Below are positions 1 to 9,477 of a DNA stretch of 64,000 nucleotides, one piece after another. The stretch spans positions 2,293 to 66,292 of the forward strand of contig JAUYPW010000013.1 of assembly GCA_030697525.1 (NCBI GenBank). Direction: 5' to 3'. The notes beneath the pieces were generated by a model that worked only from the letters and a program-made list of their open reading frames with translations, was not told the DNA's origin and ran no database searches. Source of the DNA: a bacterium (GTDB taxonomy: Bacteria > Patescibacteriota > Minisyncoccia > Sungbacterales > HO2-52-23). Position 1 is the first letter of the stretch; each line of letters opens with the position of its first letter. The translations under genes were made by a program, and so were the position numbers.

Positions 1-158
1 GGCCGGTGGCAAGATGTATGGGTACGAGGTAAAAGGTGAATGGTACGATTGTGGCGACAAGCTTGGATATATGAAAGCCATGGTGAACTATGGAATTAAG
101 CACCCCGAACTAGGGGAAGGATTTAAAGAATACCTAAAAGGGTTTAGGGTTTAAAAGC
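1..158 (+). CDS. galU: UTP-glucose-1-phosphate uridylyltransferase (GalU), 3' partial
   Basis: Frame-1 translation ...YDCGDKLGYMKAMVNYGIKHPELGEGFKEYLKGFRV* matches the conserved GalU C-terminus (YDCG.KLGY..A.V.YG..H). It is followed by a rho-independent terminator. Confidence 0.6.
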
Positions 159-180
159 TTAAACACCCGAAGGATCTATC

Positions 181-210
181 AAAAAATCGAGCTGAATTGG
201 CTCGATTTTT
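181..210. terminator. palindromic rho-independent terminator (stem TCGAGC/GCTCGA with flanking A and T tracts); bidirectional
   Basis: AAAAAATCGAGC-tgaattg-GCTCGATTTTT lies directly after the galU stop. Confidence 0.6.
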
Positions 211-783
211 AGTTATCCACATTTGTAATACTTGCTTGACTGGCGAAGGTGTTTATAATAGGGTGTAGTTTGTTATATTTAGATAAATTTAAAAGGTCTA
301 GCGTTTTTCTGTGGATAACTGTCCCTTGCGGGCAGTTTGTGTAGAAGTATAATGAGTTGTAACGACGAGAGAAAGCCAGCTTTTTGGTTGCTTTGGTGCT
401 TAAGTAATGGGTATTGCAAGTCAGGTTCCAGTCTGTTATGTTTAATGGACTGAAATCTGCATTCCAATAATCATTCACTGAACCGAAAGAACTTTAAAAA
501 TTAAATAAAAACGCAAGAAATACGAGTTACTTTCGGTTTTGTTAAACTTTAATTCTTACTAAAGAAAAAGAATCGTTAAATTGTTAATTATAAAAACACT
601 TAAATTTTTACTTGTGGAAGGCCGGGCGACTGGCCAATAAAGTCGACAAGTTACCCCTAAAAAGGAAATGACCCGACTGGCGTCGGATCATAAAAAAATA
701 AGTGTCCCCAGTGGAAACTTCTCTTTACTTCTAAAACAATACGAAGTTAGGGTGGGTTTCCAAAACAATAATTATTAGACATT

Positions 784-3700
784 ATGATGAAAATTAAACT
801 AGAAGGTGGAGTAGGGTTGAAAGCCAAGCTTTTGACCGTTGCTACCACCATCGCTTTATCAGGAGTAGTTGCTTTTGTGCCTATGGCGGCGGTAGCCCAG
901 AGTTCATCTGATACTATCGCTCAACTGCAAGCACAGATTGCGGCTCTCAGCGCACAACTAGTTGCTTTATCTGGAGGCTCGGCAGCACCAGTGGTAGCTA
1001 GCGGCGCAAAATGTAGTTTCACCCGAAACCTAAAAGTAGGGGTCAAGGGTGATGATGTAAAATGCTTACAGCAATATCTAAACGGTGCTGGCTATGCCGT
1101 ATCGGCTAGCGGAGCAGGATCCCCCGGAAAAGAATCAACATATTTCGGAAACGCAACCAAAATGGCAGTATCAAAGTGGCAAGCGGCTATGAGTGTTAGC
1201 CCAGCAGTTGGATTCTTCGGCGCTCTTTCCAGAGCAAAGTTTGATTCAACAGTTGTGGCGGCTCCAGTAGCCCCTGCGGCTCCGGCAGTTCCCGGCACTC
1301 CTGCGGTAGCAGTACCAGCAGGATCCGGACTCACAGTAACGACAGTTGCTGATCAGCCAGCGGCGCAATTGGCTCCATTGAAAGCATCAAGACTTCCTTT
1401 CGTGAAAGCTATCTTTACAGCTTCTTCAGACGGAGACGTGACTGTTAAGTCGGTTACGGTAGAAAGACAGGGTATGGCTGACGATGATGCTTTTGATAGC
1501 ATCGTATTGCTTGATGAAGGCAATGTGCAGATCGGACTTTCCAAGACCTTAAATACCTTGCACCAAGTATTGCTTAACGAATCTTTTGTGGTAAAGGCAG
1601 GAACTTCAAAGGTTATGACAATCGGAGCAAACATGCTTTCTGCTGCCGGAACTACAAACTCTGGACAAGTAGCAAAATTATCGATTGTAAAAGTTGATGC
1701 CGGTACTACAGCAGTAAATGGCGCATTCCCAATAGTGGGTAACGGCATGACTATAAACGAAAGCTTGGACATTGGCGCGTTGGCATCTCCTTCCCGAGGC
1801 ACACTTGACCCAGGTTCTGCGAGAAGCTCTCTGGAGGTTGGTACCAAAGCATTCTATGCTTCTGGTGGCCGATGGTCAGTTGGTTCCCAAGAGCCGGTAT
1901 TGCTAGACCAAATGAGATGGTATCAATCAGGCTCGGCAGGATCTGGTGATCTTAAGAATGTAATGGTGGTAGTAAAAGACAAAGACTACCCAACAGAAGT
2001 TTCCTCGGACGGCAAATTCTATACAGCCAAATTTAATCCCGCGATTGAATTTGACAAAGGAGCTACCATGGAAATCTCTATCAAGACTGATATTGAGTCT
2101 GGTTCCGACCGAACCGTTGACTTTGATGTTCAGAAGAGGACCGATATAGTAGTTAAGGGCAAAACCTTCGGTTACTATATAATCGCAGCAAACGGAACTT
2201 CTGACCCAACGGATGACACCGGAGCATTCTCTAATGTAGAGCCTTACTACGACGCATATCAGCACACTATTTCCAAGGGTTCTCTACGATTTGAGAAAAA
2301 CAACGCAGTATCAGCTGGAAACGTTCCTATAGATGTAAATGGTGTAGAACTTGGCGCTTTTGGTCTTGAGGCCAAAGGAGAAGCGGTTCAGATTTCATCC
2401 TTTAAAGTTACCTTTACTCTGTCTGCAGGCGAGGATGGAACTCAGATGGATAATGTGGCTATCTATGATAGCAAAGGAGCCGTTGTCGCTGGTCCAAAAG
2501 ATGTTGGATCAGATGAAACAGTAACCTTTACTGACACTTGGACCGTACCGATTGGATACAACATATATAAACTCAAAGGTAAGCTGACAACTGATTTTGA
2601 GGATGCAGATACTTTGTCCGGAGCAGTTGATCCTGACGGCGATATAACAGCCAAGGGAGAGACAACCGGATTAACTCTGACAGCAAGCCCAGCCACCTCA
2701 CAGTCTATGAATACCATGACCGTAAGAGGTGCTAGCTTGAAAGTATCGGTTGCCGGAACACCATCATCCCAGAACGTAGTGCGTGGAATCACTGGATTTA
2801 CCTTTGCTAAAATTCAGTATGACGCTACTAACTCTGGTGAAGACGTGAAAGTAACTTCACAGGAATTGACAACTAGCGCCGGTAACTTAGCTATTGGTAA
2901 TAACCTAAACACTTGTCAGATGTTTGATGGAGCTACGGCTCTAAACACTGGTTCAAACATCGTAAACTTCGCGGGTACCGATTCAGACGCGGCGGATGAG
3001 GATGCGGAAGATACCTTTACTCTTGACAACAACCTCATCATTCCGAAAGGAACAGTTAAGACTGTAGATGTAAAATGTAATATAGGATCTAACGCTGTTG
3101 GTAGCGGCACATATGTAATCATGTTGTCCGACCACGATACGACCACAACCGCGTCAGCTGACACTGTAACAACCGGTAAAGATACGGGAGTAAGCATCAC
3201 TGAAACTGTAGTGGCAAGCGCTGGTCCTGTGATGACTATTCAGACCGGTGGCGAGTTGCGAGTTTCTAAAGATATTTCCAGCCCTACTGCACGACACGGA
3301 ATTGCTGGAAAGACTGATGTTGTACTGGCTATATTGAAACTTGAGTCTGATTATGAAGCTCTAAAACTTGATAGACTCGCTTTAACCTTGTCTTCCTCTA
3401 CGGCTTCCACAACCGACCTTTCCAAGGTTACGTTGTGGGACGGAGCAACTAAGGTTGGAGAGGCAGTATTTACCGGAACAGACACTAGAGCAACCTCAAC
3501 TCTTACCGCTGACTTCATAGTTCCGAAAGATTCTTACAAATTGCTCACCATTAAAGGTGACTTGGCAACACTAGGTCTAAACTTGCCAGGCACCAGAGGC
3601 GCTTTGGTAGGGGTAAACTATGACGGTGAAGCAACCACTACTACCAGAGCCACAGGTCAGGCATCAGGTATACAGGTCAATCCGGCAAATGGGAAAGATA

Positions 3701-4440
3701 CAGTGGCAGATGGAGTACGATTAGTAAGAACCCTGCCTACCCTTGAAAGACTTGCTGTTCCGTCAAATACCCTGTCCAACGGTACTATGACTATGTTTCG
3801 CTTCAAGGTAACGGCTGATGCCGCAGGCGATGTAGGGCTCTACAAATTCACGTTTATTGTATCGTCGTCATCACTGACAGGAACATCATCAAACTTCAGT
3901 TTGTATGGCTACTCTGATTCATCCTTCTCGGTAAACGCATACGCCTCCAACCCGCTAAACTCCAATGATGTTGACTGCGTAGGATCATCTTCGGTTGAGC
4001 TTGGTTCAGATACGAACGATACTTGTACGGCAGACAATCAGACAAGCACCCTAACGAGTCAGTCGGCCTCTACATCAGAGGTAGTTATCTACTTTGACCC
4101 GGTTAAGAACACAGGAGCAAATCCAACAGCAGAGGCGATAAACATTCCCGCTGGACAATCCAGATACTTTGAGCTCCGTGGTATATTCTCCTCTACTGTG
4201 GCTGGAGAATCTATCTCTGTGAACCTTGGCGGTGACGCCGGTCTAGATGTAGATACCAATCTTGTTGGAAGAGTAACAGCTGATACGGTTGATAAAGATG
4301 TTGCAACGAACTATGACAACTTCATCTGGTCGCCTAACACCACCACCACGGTTGCAACAACAACCAATGACTGGATAAACGGCTACCTGCTACCTGGACT
4401 ACCAACAACCGGAATGTCCTCACAGACCTTCTCGAAGTAA
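784..4440 (+). CDS. very large secreted surface (S-layer-like) protein with signal peptide, N-terminal coiled coil and a PG_binding_1-like domain, then about 1000 aa of Thr/Ser/Val/Ala/Gly-rich beta-rich sequence
   Basis: 1218-aa ORF. It has an N-terminal hydrophobic segment (LLTVATTIALSGVVAFVPMAAVA) and a coiled coil (IAQLQAQIAALSAQLVAL). The PG-binding-like motif is CLQQYLNGAGY...GNATKMAVSKWQ. The rest is a low-Cys, T/S/G-rich body. Terminators flank it on both sides. Confidence 0.8.
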   Translation: MMKIKLEGGVGLKAKLLTVATTIALSGVVAFVPMAAVAQSSSDTIAQLQAQIAALSAQLVALSGGSAAPVVASGAKCSFTRNLKVGVKGDDVKCLQQYLNGAGYAVSASGAGSPGKESTYFGNATKMAVSKWQAAMSVSPAVGFFGALSRAKFDSTVVAAPVAPAAPAVPGTPAVAVPAGSGLTVTTVADQPAAQLAPLKASRLPFVKAIFTASSDGDVTVKSVTVERQGMADDDAFDSIVLLDEGNVQIGLSKTLNTLHQVLLNESFVVKAGTSKVMTIGANMLSAAGTTNSGQVAKLSIVKVDAGTTAVNGAFPIVGNGMTINESLDIGALASPSRGTLDPGSARSSLEVGTKAFYASGGRWSVGSQEPVLLDQMRWYQSGSAGSGDLKNVMVVVKDKDYPTEVSSDGKFYTAKFNPAIEFDKGATMEISIKTDIESGSDRTVDFDVQKRTDIVVKGKTFGYYIIAANGTSDPTDDTGAFSNVEPYYDAYQHTISKGSLRFEKNNAVSAGNVPIDVNGVELGAFGLEAKGEAVQISSFKVTFTLSAGEDGTQMDNVAIYDSKGAVVAGPKDVGSDETVTFTDTWTVPIGYNIYKLKGKLTTDFEDADTLSGAVDPDGDITAKGETTGLTLTASPATSQSMNTMTVRGASLKVSVAGTPSSQNVVRGITGFTFAKIQYDATNSGEDVKVTSQELTTSAGNLAIGNNLNTCQMFDGATALNTGSNIVNFAGTDSDAADEDAEDTFTLDNNLIIPKGTVKTVDVKCNIGSNAVGSGTYVIMLSDHDTTTTASADTVTTGKDTGVSITETVVASAGPVMTIQTGGELRVSKDISSPTARHGIAGKTDVVLAILKLESDYEALKLDRLALTLSSSTASTTDLSKVTLWDGATKVGEAVFTGTDTRATSTLTADFIVPKDSYKLLTIKGDLATLGLNLPGTRGALVGVNYDGEATTTTRATGQASGIQVNPANGKDTVADGVRLVRTLPTLERLAVPSNTLSNGTMTMFRFKVTADAAGDVGLYKFTFIVSSSSLTGTSSNFSLYGYSDSSFSVNAYASNPLNSNDVDCVGSSSVELGSDTNDTCTADNQTSTLTSQSASTSEVVIYFDPVKNTGANPTAEAINIPAGQSRYFELRGIFSSTVAGESISVNLGGDAGLDVDTNLVGRVTADTVDKDVATNYDNFIWSPNTTTTVATTTNDWINGYLLPGLPTTGMSSQTFSK

Positions 4441-4464
4441 TAAGAATCATCCTTGTGGATTCGC

Positions 4465-4496
4465 AAAAGCCCCGTTTGAACGGGGCTTTTGTTTTG
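4465..4496. terminator. rho-independent terminator after the large surface protein gene
   Basis: AAAAGCCCCG-tttgaa-CGGGGCTTTTGTTTT. Confidence 0.7.
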
Positions 4497-4512
4497 ATAT
4501 TAGATGGTATTT

Positions 4513-4554
4513 ATAAACTTAAAATCCGGCATAGTGCCGGATTTTAAGTTATCC
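4513..4554. terminator. long palindromic bidirectional terminator element (conserved A/T arms ATAAACTTAAAA / TTTTAAGTTATCC)
   Basis: AACTTAAAATCCGGCA-tag-TGCCGGATTTTAAGTT is a perfect palindrome. A DnaA-box-like TTATCCCCA lies at 4549-4557. Confidence 0.55.
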
Positions 4555-4662
4555 CCAGCGTCGCAACAGCTCAACCAAGTGGACTCGCTGTTGCTCCCTA
4601 AAACCCCTCGGTTTTAGTATTTCCGCCACGGAAAACTCCCGTTTTCCGACCCTTTCCCAAAC

Positions 4663-4712
4663 CTGCAGATAACTTAAAACCCCGAATATTCGGGGTTTTA
4701 AGTTATCCACAG
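4663..4712. terminator. long palindromic bidirectional terminator element, 40-nt perfect palindrome
   Basis: GATAACTTAAAACCCCGAAT|ATTCGGGGTTTTAAGTTATC spans 4668-4707. A perfect DnaA box TTATCCACA lies at 4703-4711. Confidence 0.55.
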
Positions 4713-4854
4713 CTACTCCACTTTACTATTTGTAAGAGTAATATAGAATTGAAGTAAATAAAAAAACTTATCCACTGTAGTTACTAAAAACTACTGTGGC
4801 AATACAAATATGGTCATGTTTGTATTCGCTTAATTAATAATAAAAACAATATTT

Positions 4855-5808
4855 ATGAAAAAAAGGTTTCTATCAAGTCATTTTTCTTTTTTCTTGGCTT
4901 TGGTAATCGGTTTGGCATTAGCGGTGGGAGCGTCGGTTTGGGCTACCACTATCGGAACTAACATTTCCGGTACAGGCACTTTAGATATAACTGGCGCTAC
5001 AACCCTTAATGGAGCTGTAACTATAGGAGATGCGGCGGCGGATGCATTTACTATTAATAGCAATAGCGTGACTTTTGCTAATGCTGGTACTAGTACTATT
5101 CCATCAGCAAGCGCCGTTTCTTGGGCAATAGCAACCTCATCAGCAGACATGCCGTTCTTTAGATTTGATACTTCTAACACCAAAATCGGTATTGCAAGTG
5201 GTACGCCAATAGTTACCTTTTCTGTGGGCGGTGCTGGCAATATTTATGCAGCAGGAGGTTTAGGTGTCGGACAAGCAACTACTACCGCAGGTGTTATTGA
5301 AAATACTGGTAATGTTCTTTTTGGTGATGCCGCAGGAGACATAGTTAGGCTTAACTCTGCCAGTCTTATATTCAACAATGCAGGAACCACAACTATTCCT
5401 GCTGCCAGTGGCCCGAGTTGGGCAATTGCTACGTCGTCAGCAAATATTCCACTTGTTAGATATGATACCTCCAATAGCCGAATTGGTATCGCAAGTGGCA
5501 CGCCAATAACTACCCTTTCTATTGGCGGTGCCGGCAATGTTTATGCGGCAGGAGGTTTGGGTGTTGGGCAGGCTACAACAACAGCAGGAGTTATAGAGAC
5601 ATCTTCGGGACCATCACTTTTTGGTGGGGATGCGTTTGTTGTTGGCTCGTCAGGTACAACTACAATGAGAGTAGAATCAACAGCGAACGGCAGGGGAGGA
5701 TGTATTCAGATTGAGTCTCCCGGTGCTCTTGCTGGGGCTGGTTCATACTTTCATATGTACGCAACAACTACGGGTGCGGCCTACTGGCAGACAGGCGCTT
5801 GTAAATAA
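4855..5808 (+). CDS. secreted Gly/Thr/Ala-rich repeat protein (two ~101-aa internal tandem repeats; C-terminal Cys pair)
   Basis: It has a signal peptide/TM (FFLALVIGLALAVGASVWA). The repeat unit ...NAGT.TIP.AS..SWAIATSSA..P..R.DTSN..IGIASGTPI.T.S.GGAGN.YAAGGLGVGQATTTAGVIE... occurs twice, at about nt 5026-5328 and 5329-5635. The protein ends ...GGCIQIE...YWQTGACK. Confidence 0.7.
   Translation: MKKRFLSSHFSFFLALVIGLALAVGASVWATTIGTNISGTGTLDITGATTLNGAVTIGDAAADAFTINSNSVTFANAGTSTIPSASAVSWAIATSSADMPFFRFDTSNTKIGIASGTPIVTFSVGGAGNIYAAGGLGVGQATTTAGVIENTGNVLFGDAAGDIVRLNSASLIFNNAGTTTIPAASGPSWAIATSSANIPLVRYDTSNSRIGIASGTPITTLSIGGAGNVYAAGGLGVGQATTTAGVIETSSGPSLFGGDAFVVGSSGTTTMRVESTANGRGGCIQIESPGALAGAGSYFHMYATTTGAAYWQTGACK
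5026..5635 (+). repeat. in-frame ~303-nt tandem duplication (2 copies, ~80% nt identity) inside the 4855..5808 CDS
   Basis: GGAGGTTTAGGTGTCGGACAAGCAACTACTACCGCAGGTGTTATTGAAA (5255-5303) matches GGAGGTTTGGGTGTTGGGCAGGCTACAACAACAGCAGGAGTTATAGAGA (5552-5600). Confidence 0.6.
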
Positions 5809-5834
5809 TTCTCTTACTTAATTGTATTTAATTT

Positions 5835-6824
5835 ATGAAACGAATACTCACGTTTCTTATAACCGCCTTTTTACCCCTTACAGCTATGGCGGCAAATGAG
5901 GTAAGCTTAACTTCCAATGTAACTCTGGTACTGCCTTCAGATAGTTCGGAATACACTCTTTTAAATGGGAGCACGTTTGATTCTTTAATAGTCAATAATA
6001 CCAATTTCACTTTTGGAATGTCGGCTGGATCCAGCGTTGAGATAACGTCAGCCGATAAGAAGAAGCTTACTAACTCCTTATTAGCAACTATTCAATGTGA
6101 AAGTACTCAATCGAGAATATTTATGTCTAAGCCCTCGGGTGCTACGACTGAAGATATAACCGTTACCCCTTCTGGTACCTGTTCTTCGACCGGTGGAAGT
6201 GGCGGTGGTGGAGCTTCAAGCGGAGGTAGCAGTGGTAGTAGTGGAGGTGGGAGTAGTAGTGGCGGTAGTAGTGCGCCCGCGCCTTTGCCGGCCACGGAAA
6301 CAGTGGATAAGGTTGCCCAATTAAAAGCCCAAATAGCGAGCGTCCAGGCCGCTATAGCCCAAAAGCTTGCCCAAAAAGGAGTTCAAACAAAATATGTAGC
6401 GCCAGCCTTTGGTGTATTTGCCCGGAGTTTAGCTCCCGGGCAGAGGGATGATGAAATAAAAAGATTGCAAGAACTTCTGGCTACGGATAAAAGTATCTAT
6501 CCCGAAGGTAAGGTTACTGGATATTATGGGCCAGCCACACTCAATGCAGTTAAAAGATTTCAGAAGAAATATGGTATTTCTCAAGTTGGGAAAGTTGGAC
6601 CGCAGACCATTTCTAAACTAAACGAAGTTTTTGGGGGAACTATTCCAGTTGTTGTTCCCGAAACAAAACCAGCAACACAAGCTTCCGTTATTTCATCTCC
6701 AGCTTCCGCGGCGGTGAGCACTCAAGTCCAACAAATCCAAGAACAAATTAAAGCAATCCAGGCCAAACTGATTCAGGAGCAAATTAAACAAATTCAAGAA
6801 AAAATTAAATCCCTACAAAAATAA
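5835..6824 (+). CDS. secreted protein: signal peptide, N-terminal domain, Gly/Ser-rich linker, coiled coil, PG_binding_1 domain, C-terminal QEQIK coiled-coil motif
   Basis: The signal peptide is MKRILTFLITAFLPLTAMAA. A (GGS)n low-complexity linker lies at nt ~6175-6290. The PG-binding motif is DDEIKRLQELLA...VTGYYGPATLNAVKRFQKKYGI. The protein ends QQIQEQIKAIQAKLIQEQIKQIQEKIKSLQK*. Confidence 0.75.
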   Translation: MKRILTFLITAFLPLTAMAANEVSLTSNVTLVLPSDSSEYTLLNGSTFDSLIVNNTNFTFGMSAGSSVEITSADKKKLTNSLLATIQCESTQSRIFMSKPSGATTEDITVTPSGTCSSTGGSGGGGASSGGSSGSSGGGSSSGGSSAPAPLPATETVDKVAQLKAQIASVQAAIAQKLAQKGVQTKYVAPAFGVFARSLAPGQRDDEIKRLQELLATDKSIYPEGKVTGYYGPATLNAVKRFQKKYGISQVGKVGPQTISKLNEVFGGTIPVVVPETKPATQASVISSPASAAVSTQVQQIQEQIKAIQAKLIQEQIKQIQEKIKSLQK

Positions 6825-7516
6825 TGTCAAAAAAACTTTTAATGGTTTTGGGGGTCATAGTGGTGCTGGGGTTTGTTTCTTTTGCTACCGGACTTGCCAG
6901 CATATCTTCTATTCAGGAGCAATTAAAATCAGTACAAGTTAAACTGATAGGTGAGCAGATAAAGCTGTTGCAAGAAAAAATACTAGGTGTGGGTAAAGAA
7001 AAGCCCAAACCTGTGGTGGTGGAGGCCGAACCGGTAAAAAGCAAAGAAGAGCTGTCTAAAAGCCTGGAGGAGCAGATAAAACAGCTGGAGGGGGTAGTCA
7101 GAGCCTTGCGGCCAAAAGCTATGGACGAAGAGGTGCTAAGACTTGAGAAAAAAATCACAGAAATAAGTTTGGCCATCGGAGCCGCCGAGGGTGAAAAACT
7201 GGTGGATTTGCAGAAGGAATTTAACAAAGCGGTTACAGATTACAATAAGCTTAGTTCGGAAGTCAGAAAAGCCCTAGATGAGAACATAAAGGCTAAACAG
7301 GCAGACGCCATAAGGGAACAAATTAGGACTTTGAAGGAAAAAGTCAGCTTATTGCCAACACCCGGGTCTTATGACAAAGCGGCTGTAGCGAAAGATGAAA
7401 GCAAAAAGGCCAGCTTACAGATACTGCAAGAACAAATCAAATCTGTAAAAGCAAAACTACTAGCCGAACAGATTAAGGCAGTTCAGGAGAAAATAGATCA
7501 GTTGAAAACAAAGTAA
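6824..7516 (+). CDS. membrane-anchored coiled-coil protein sharing the QEQIK...EQIK..QEKI motif at both termini
   Basis: The start is coupled to the upstream stop as TAATG. The protein has an N-terminal TM (LLMVLGVIVVLGFVSFATGL) and is highly charged with heptad periodicity. The N-terminal motif is IQEQLKSVQVKLIGEQIKLLQEKI and the C-terminal motif is ILQEQIKSVKAKLLAEQIKAVQEKIDQLKTK*. A terminator follows. Confidence 0.7.
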   Translation: MSKKLLMVLGVIVVLGFVSFATGLASISSIQEQLKSVQVKLIGEQIKLLQEKILGVGKEKPKPVVVEAEPVKSKEELSKSLEEQIKQLEGVVRALRPKAMDEEVLRLEKKITEISLAIGAAEGEKLVDLQKEFNKAVTDYNKLSSEVRKALDENIKAKQADAIREQIRTLKEKVSLLPTPGSYDKAAVAKDESKKASLQILQEQIKSVKAKLLAEQIKAVQEKIDQLKTK

Positions 7517-7523
7517 TTTCTTT

Positions 7524-7550
7524 CAACACCCCGCCATCGGGGTGTTTTGG
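7524..7550 (+). terminator. rho-independent terminator
   Basis: AACACCCCG-ccatc-GGGGTGTTTTGG lies immediately after the 6824..7516 stop. Confidence 0.7.
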
Positions 7551-7573
7551 TATTGTAGTGATTTGTATTAAAG

Positions 7574-8611
7574 TTGTATAATGGTGATATGAGTAAAAAT
7601 CTGTTTAAGTTTTTATGTATAATTGCTGTATTATTTATCATACCATCAGTAAGTTTTGGGTTTTTCGAACGCGATCTCTATTTCGGACTCAAAAACAGCT
7701 CGGAGGTAAGTGGCCTGCAGGAATTTTTACAAAAACAGGGAGTTTATTCGGGGCCTGTCAATGGCAATTTCTTTTCTCTTACTCGTGAAGGGGTTAAAAA
7801 ATTTCAGATTAAGGAAAGCATAAAACCAGCCCTTGGTTATTTTGGGTCTATGACCCGAGCGGCTGCTAATCGCCTCGTTGTTGGGACGGGTGAGGCTACA
7901 AAAAAAGCTGATTTGATTGCTACGCTGCAAGTGCAGATCAAAGCCCTGAACGATCAATTACAGCAACTTCAGAAGCAACAGCAAAAAGAAAAGGAGGAGG
8001 AATTGGCAAAAACATCGGAGATTCCTGCCGTACCAGAAACACCTTCTCTCGCACCAGTTCCTCCACCACCAGCTTTGGAAATTAGCGGAGAAAAAAACCA
8101 GACCTTTCCTACTAGTTATACAAGTCCTCTTAAAATAGGCGATTTTACCATTGCAAATCGCACTGGCAATGATATCCTCTTTGCCCAGATTAAAATTAAG
8201 ATTACTGACCAGATGGATTCTTTTCTTAACCGCAACAAAGAAATACAGATTCTATTGAGAAAAGGTTCTTGGTTCTCCGACACCTTAATCTCAAAAACAG
8301 CGCATACTTTTAGTTCTTTGGTGGTTCCAGAAGGCTCATCGCATATCCAATTTGCGAACCTGTCTTATCCCATCTTAATAAAAAACGGAGAAGAAGTGAC
8401 CACTGGCCTGTGGATTGAAAATTTTGATTATGTTACCAGAGGTTCTCTTAAGTTTGAATTCTACGAAGCGCAAGCCACTACTGCTATAAGTCCTAAGGGA
8501 GGGTTTAACTTTACTTTGAGCAGGGTAAACACTACCGCATTAGGGGTGGTAAATAATTTAAGCAGTATACTGGGCTCACTTAATTCCTTACTTAAGCAGT
8601 TAGAAAAATGA
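7574..8611 (+). CDS. secreted protein with PG_binding_1-like domain, coiled coil, Pro-rich linker and C-terminal beta-rich domain
   Basis: It has a signal/TM segment (LFKFLCIIAVLFIIPSVSFG). The PG-binding-like motif is LQEFLQKQGVYSGPVNGNFFSLTREGVKKFQ. The coiled coil is ATLQVQIKALNDQLQQLQKQQQKEKEE, followed by the Pro-rich PAVPETPSLAPVPPPPA. Confidence 0.7.
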   Translation: MYNGDMSKNLFKFLCIIAVLFIIPSVSFGFFERDLYFGLKNSSEVSGLQEFLQKQGVYSGPVNGNFFSLTREGVKKFQIKESIKPALGYFGSMTRAAANRLVVGTGEATKKADLIATLQVQIKALNDQLQQLQKQQQKEKEEELAKTSEIPAVPETPSLAPVPPPPALEISGEKNQTFPTSYTSPLKIGDFTIANRTGNDILFAQIKIKITDQMDSFLNRNKEIQILLRKGSWFSDTLISKTAHTFSSLVVPEGSSHIQFANLSYPILIKNGEEVTTGLWIENFDYVTRGSLKFEFYEAQATTAISPKGGFNFTLSRVNTTALGVVNNLSSILGSLNSLLKQLEK

Positions 8612-8675
8612 TCTTCTCTTTGGAATTAAGGACCTATACTTGAAAAGTGTAGCCTTTTAGGCTAGTATAGTTTTT

Positions 8676-9476
8676 ATGGAAAAACTGAAGAATAGAAACA
8701 TCTTAATACTCCTTGGGGTAATCGTTGTTGCTGGCTTAGTTATACTGTTATTTAAGAAAAAAGAAGCTCTGGATACTACCCCGACCGTTGTCAATACCCC
8801 TGTAATTACTTCAACTGATTCAGTGCCCAAAAAACAGGACACAGTTACTGCCAGTGGCGCTTCTAATAATCCTAAGTATACTGGCCGTGATCCGGAAGAA
8901 GTTCATCCTAATCCTGACGATGTTAAAATTTTTTCTGAAAAAAGAAAAGAAGAAATTTATAGCGGTATTACCGTGCATGGGCGAAACGTAAAAGAAAATC
9001 CAGATTTTTTAAATGGCTGGTTGGAGCTTGGTATATTGAAAAAAGTGATTGGCGACTATGAAGGAGCACGGGACGCATGGGAATATGCAAATATTATAAG
9101 ACCGGGAAATTCAATTTCATTTTCCAATCTAGGGGAGCTTTATTGGCGATATCTGCCTAATTACACCAAGTCAGAAGCAAATTTTAAAACCTCTATTAAA
9201 AACAAATCAGACGATCCTTCTGTTTATATCTCCTTGTCCGACCTGTATTTCTACTCCTATGCGGAAAAAAAAGACTTTGCGGATGATATTCTTTTAGAAG
9301 GTACAAAAGCCAATCCCGAAGACACCAACCTTGTCCGAGCTTTAGCCGCTTTGTATGAGCGGCAAAAAGAATATACGAAAGCAAAAGAGTGGTGGACTAA
9401 GCTTCTGGAAAAAGAACCAAATGATGCGGAAATCACTGCCCACATCAAAGGGTTAGGGGAAAAGATTAATCCCTAG
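8676..9476 (+). CDS. membrane-anchored TPR-repeat protein
   Basis: It has an N-terminal TM (ILILLGVIVVAGLVILLF). The C-terminal half carries TPR-like helices (NGWLELGILKKVIGDYEGARDAWEYA...; LVRALAALYERQKEYTKAKEWWTKLLEKEPNDAE). Confidence 0.65.
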   Translation: MEKLKNRNILILLGVIVVAGLVILLFKKKEALDTTPTVVNTPVITSTDSVPKKQDTVTASGASNNPKYTGRDPEEVHPNPDDVKIFSEKRKEEIYSGITVHGRNVKENPDFLNGWLELGILKKVIGDYEGARDAWEYANIIRPGNSISFSNLGELYWRYLPNYTKSEANFKTSIKNKSDDPSVYISLSDLYFYSYAEKKDFADDILLEGTKANPEDTNLVRALAALYERQKEYTKAKEWWTKLLEKEPNDAEITAHIKGLGEKINP

Positions 9477-9477
9477 T

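Noticed and set aside
209-478. Minus-strand ORFs of 89 and 62 aa in the 570-nt region upstream of the large surface-protein gene
   Set aside because: They are low-complexity and lack ribosome-binding sites. The region is more plausibly promoter or long leader DNA containing DnaA-box-like motifs and hairpins.
1092-3200. Several 80-164-aa ORFs on the minus strand inside the 784..4440 gene (1092..1334, 1353..1847, 1927..2265, 2463..2792, 2916..3200)
   Set aside because: They are antisense shadows of a long, biased-composition (Thr/Ala/Val/Gly-rich) coding region. They have no RBS or domain, and the sense-strand ORF is continuous for 3.6 kb.
4540-4860. Calling this region oriC outright
   Set aside because: There is no dnaA/dnaN gene in the window and only about 4-5 DnaA-box-like 9-mers. 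All of them are embedded in terminator arms. I keep it as a flagged observation rather than an annotated origin.
6107-6295. Pro/Leu-rich 62-aa minus-strand ORF
   Set aside because: It is the reverse complement of the (GGS)n low-complexity linker of the 5835..6824 protein, so it is a compositional artefact.
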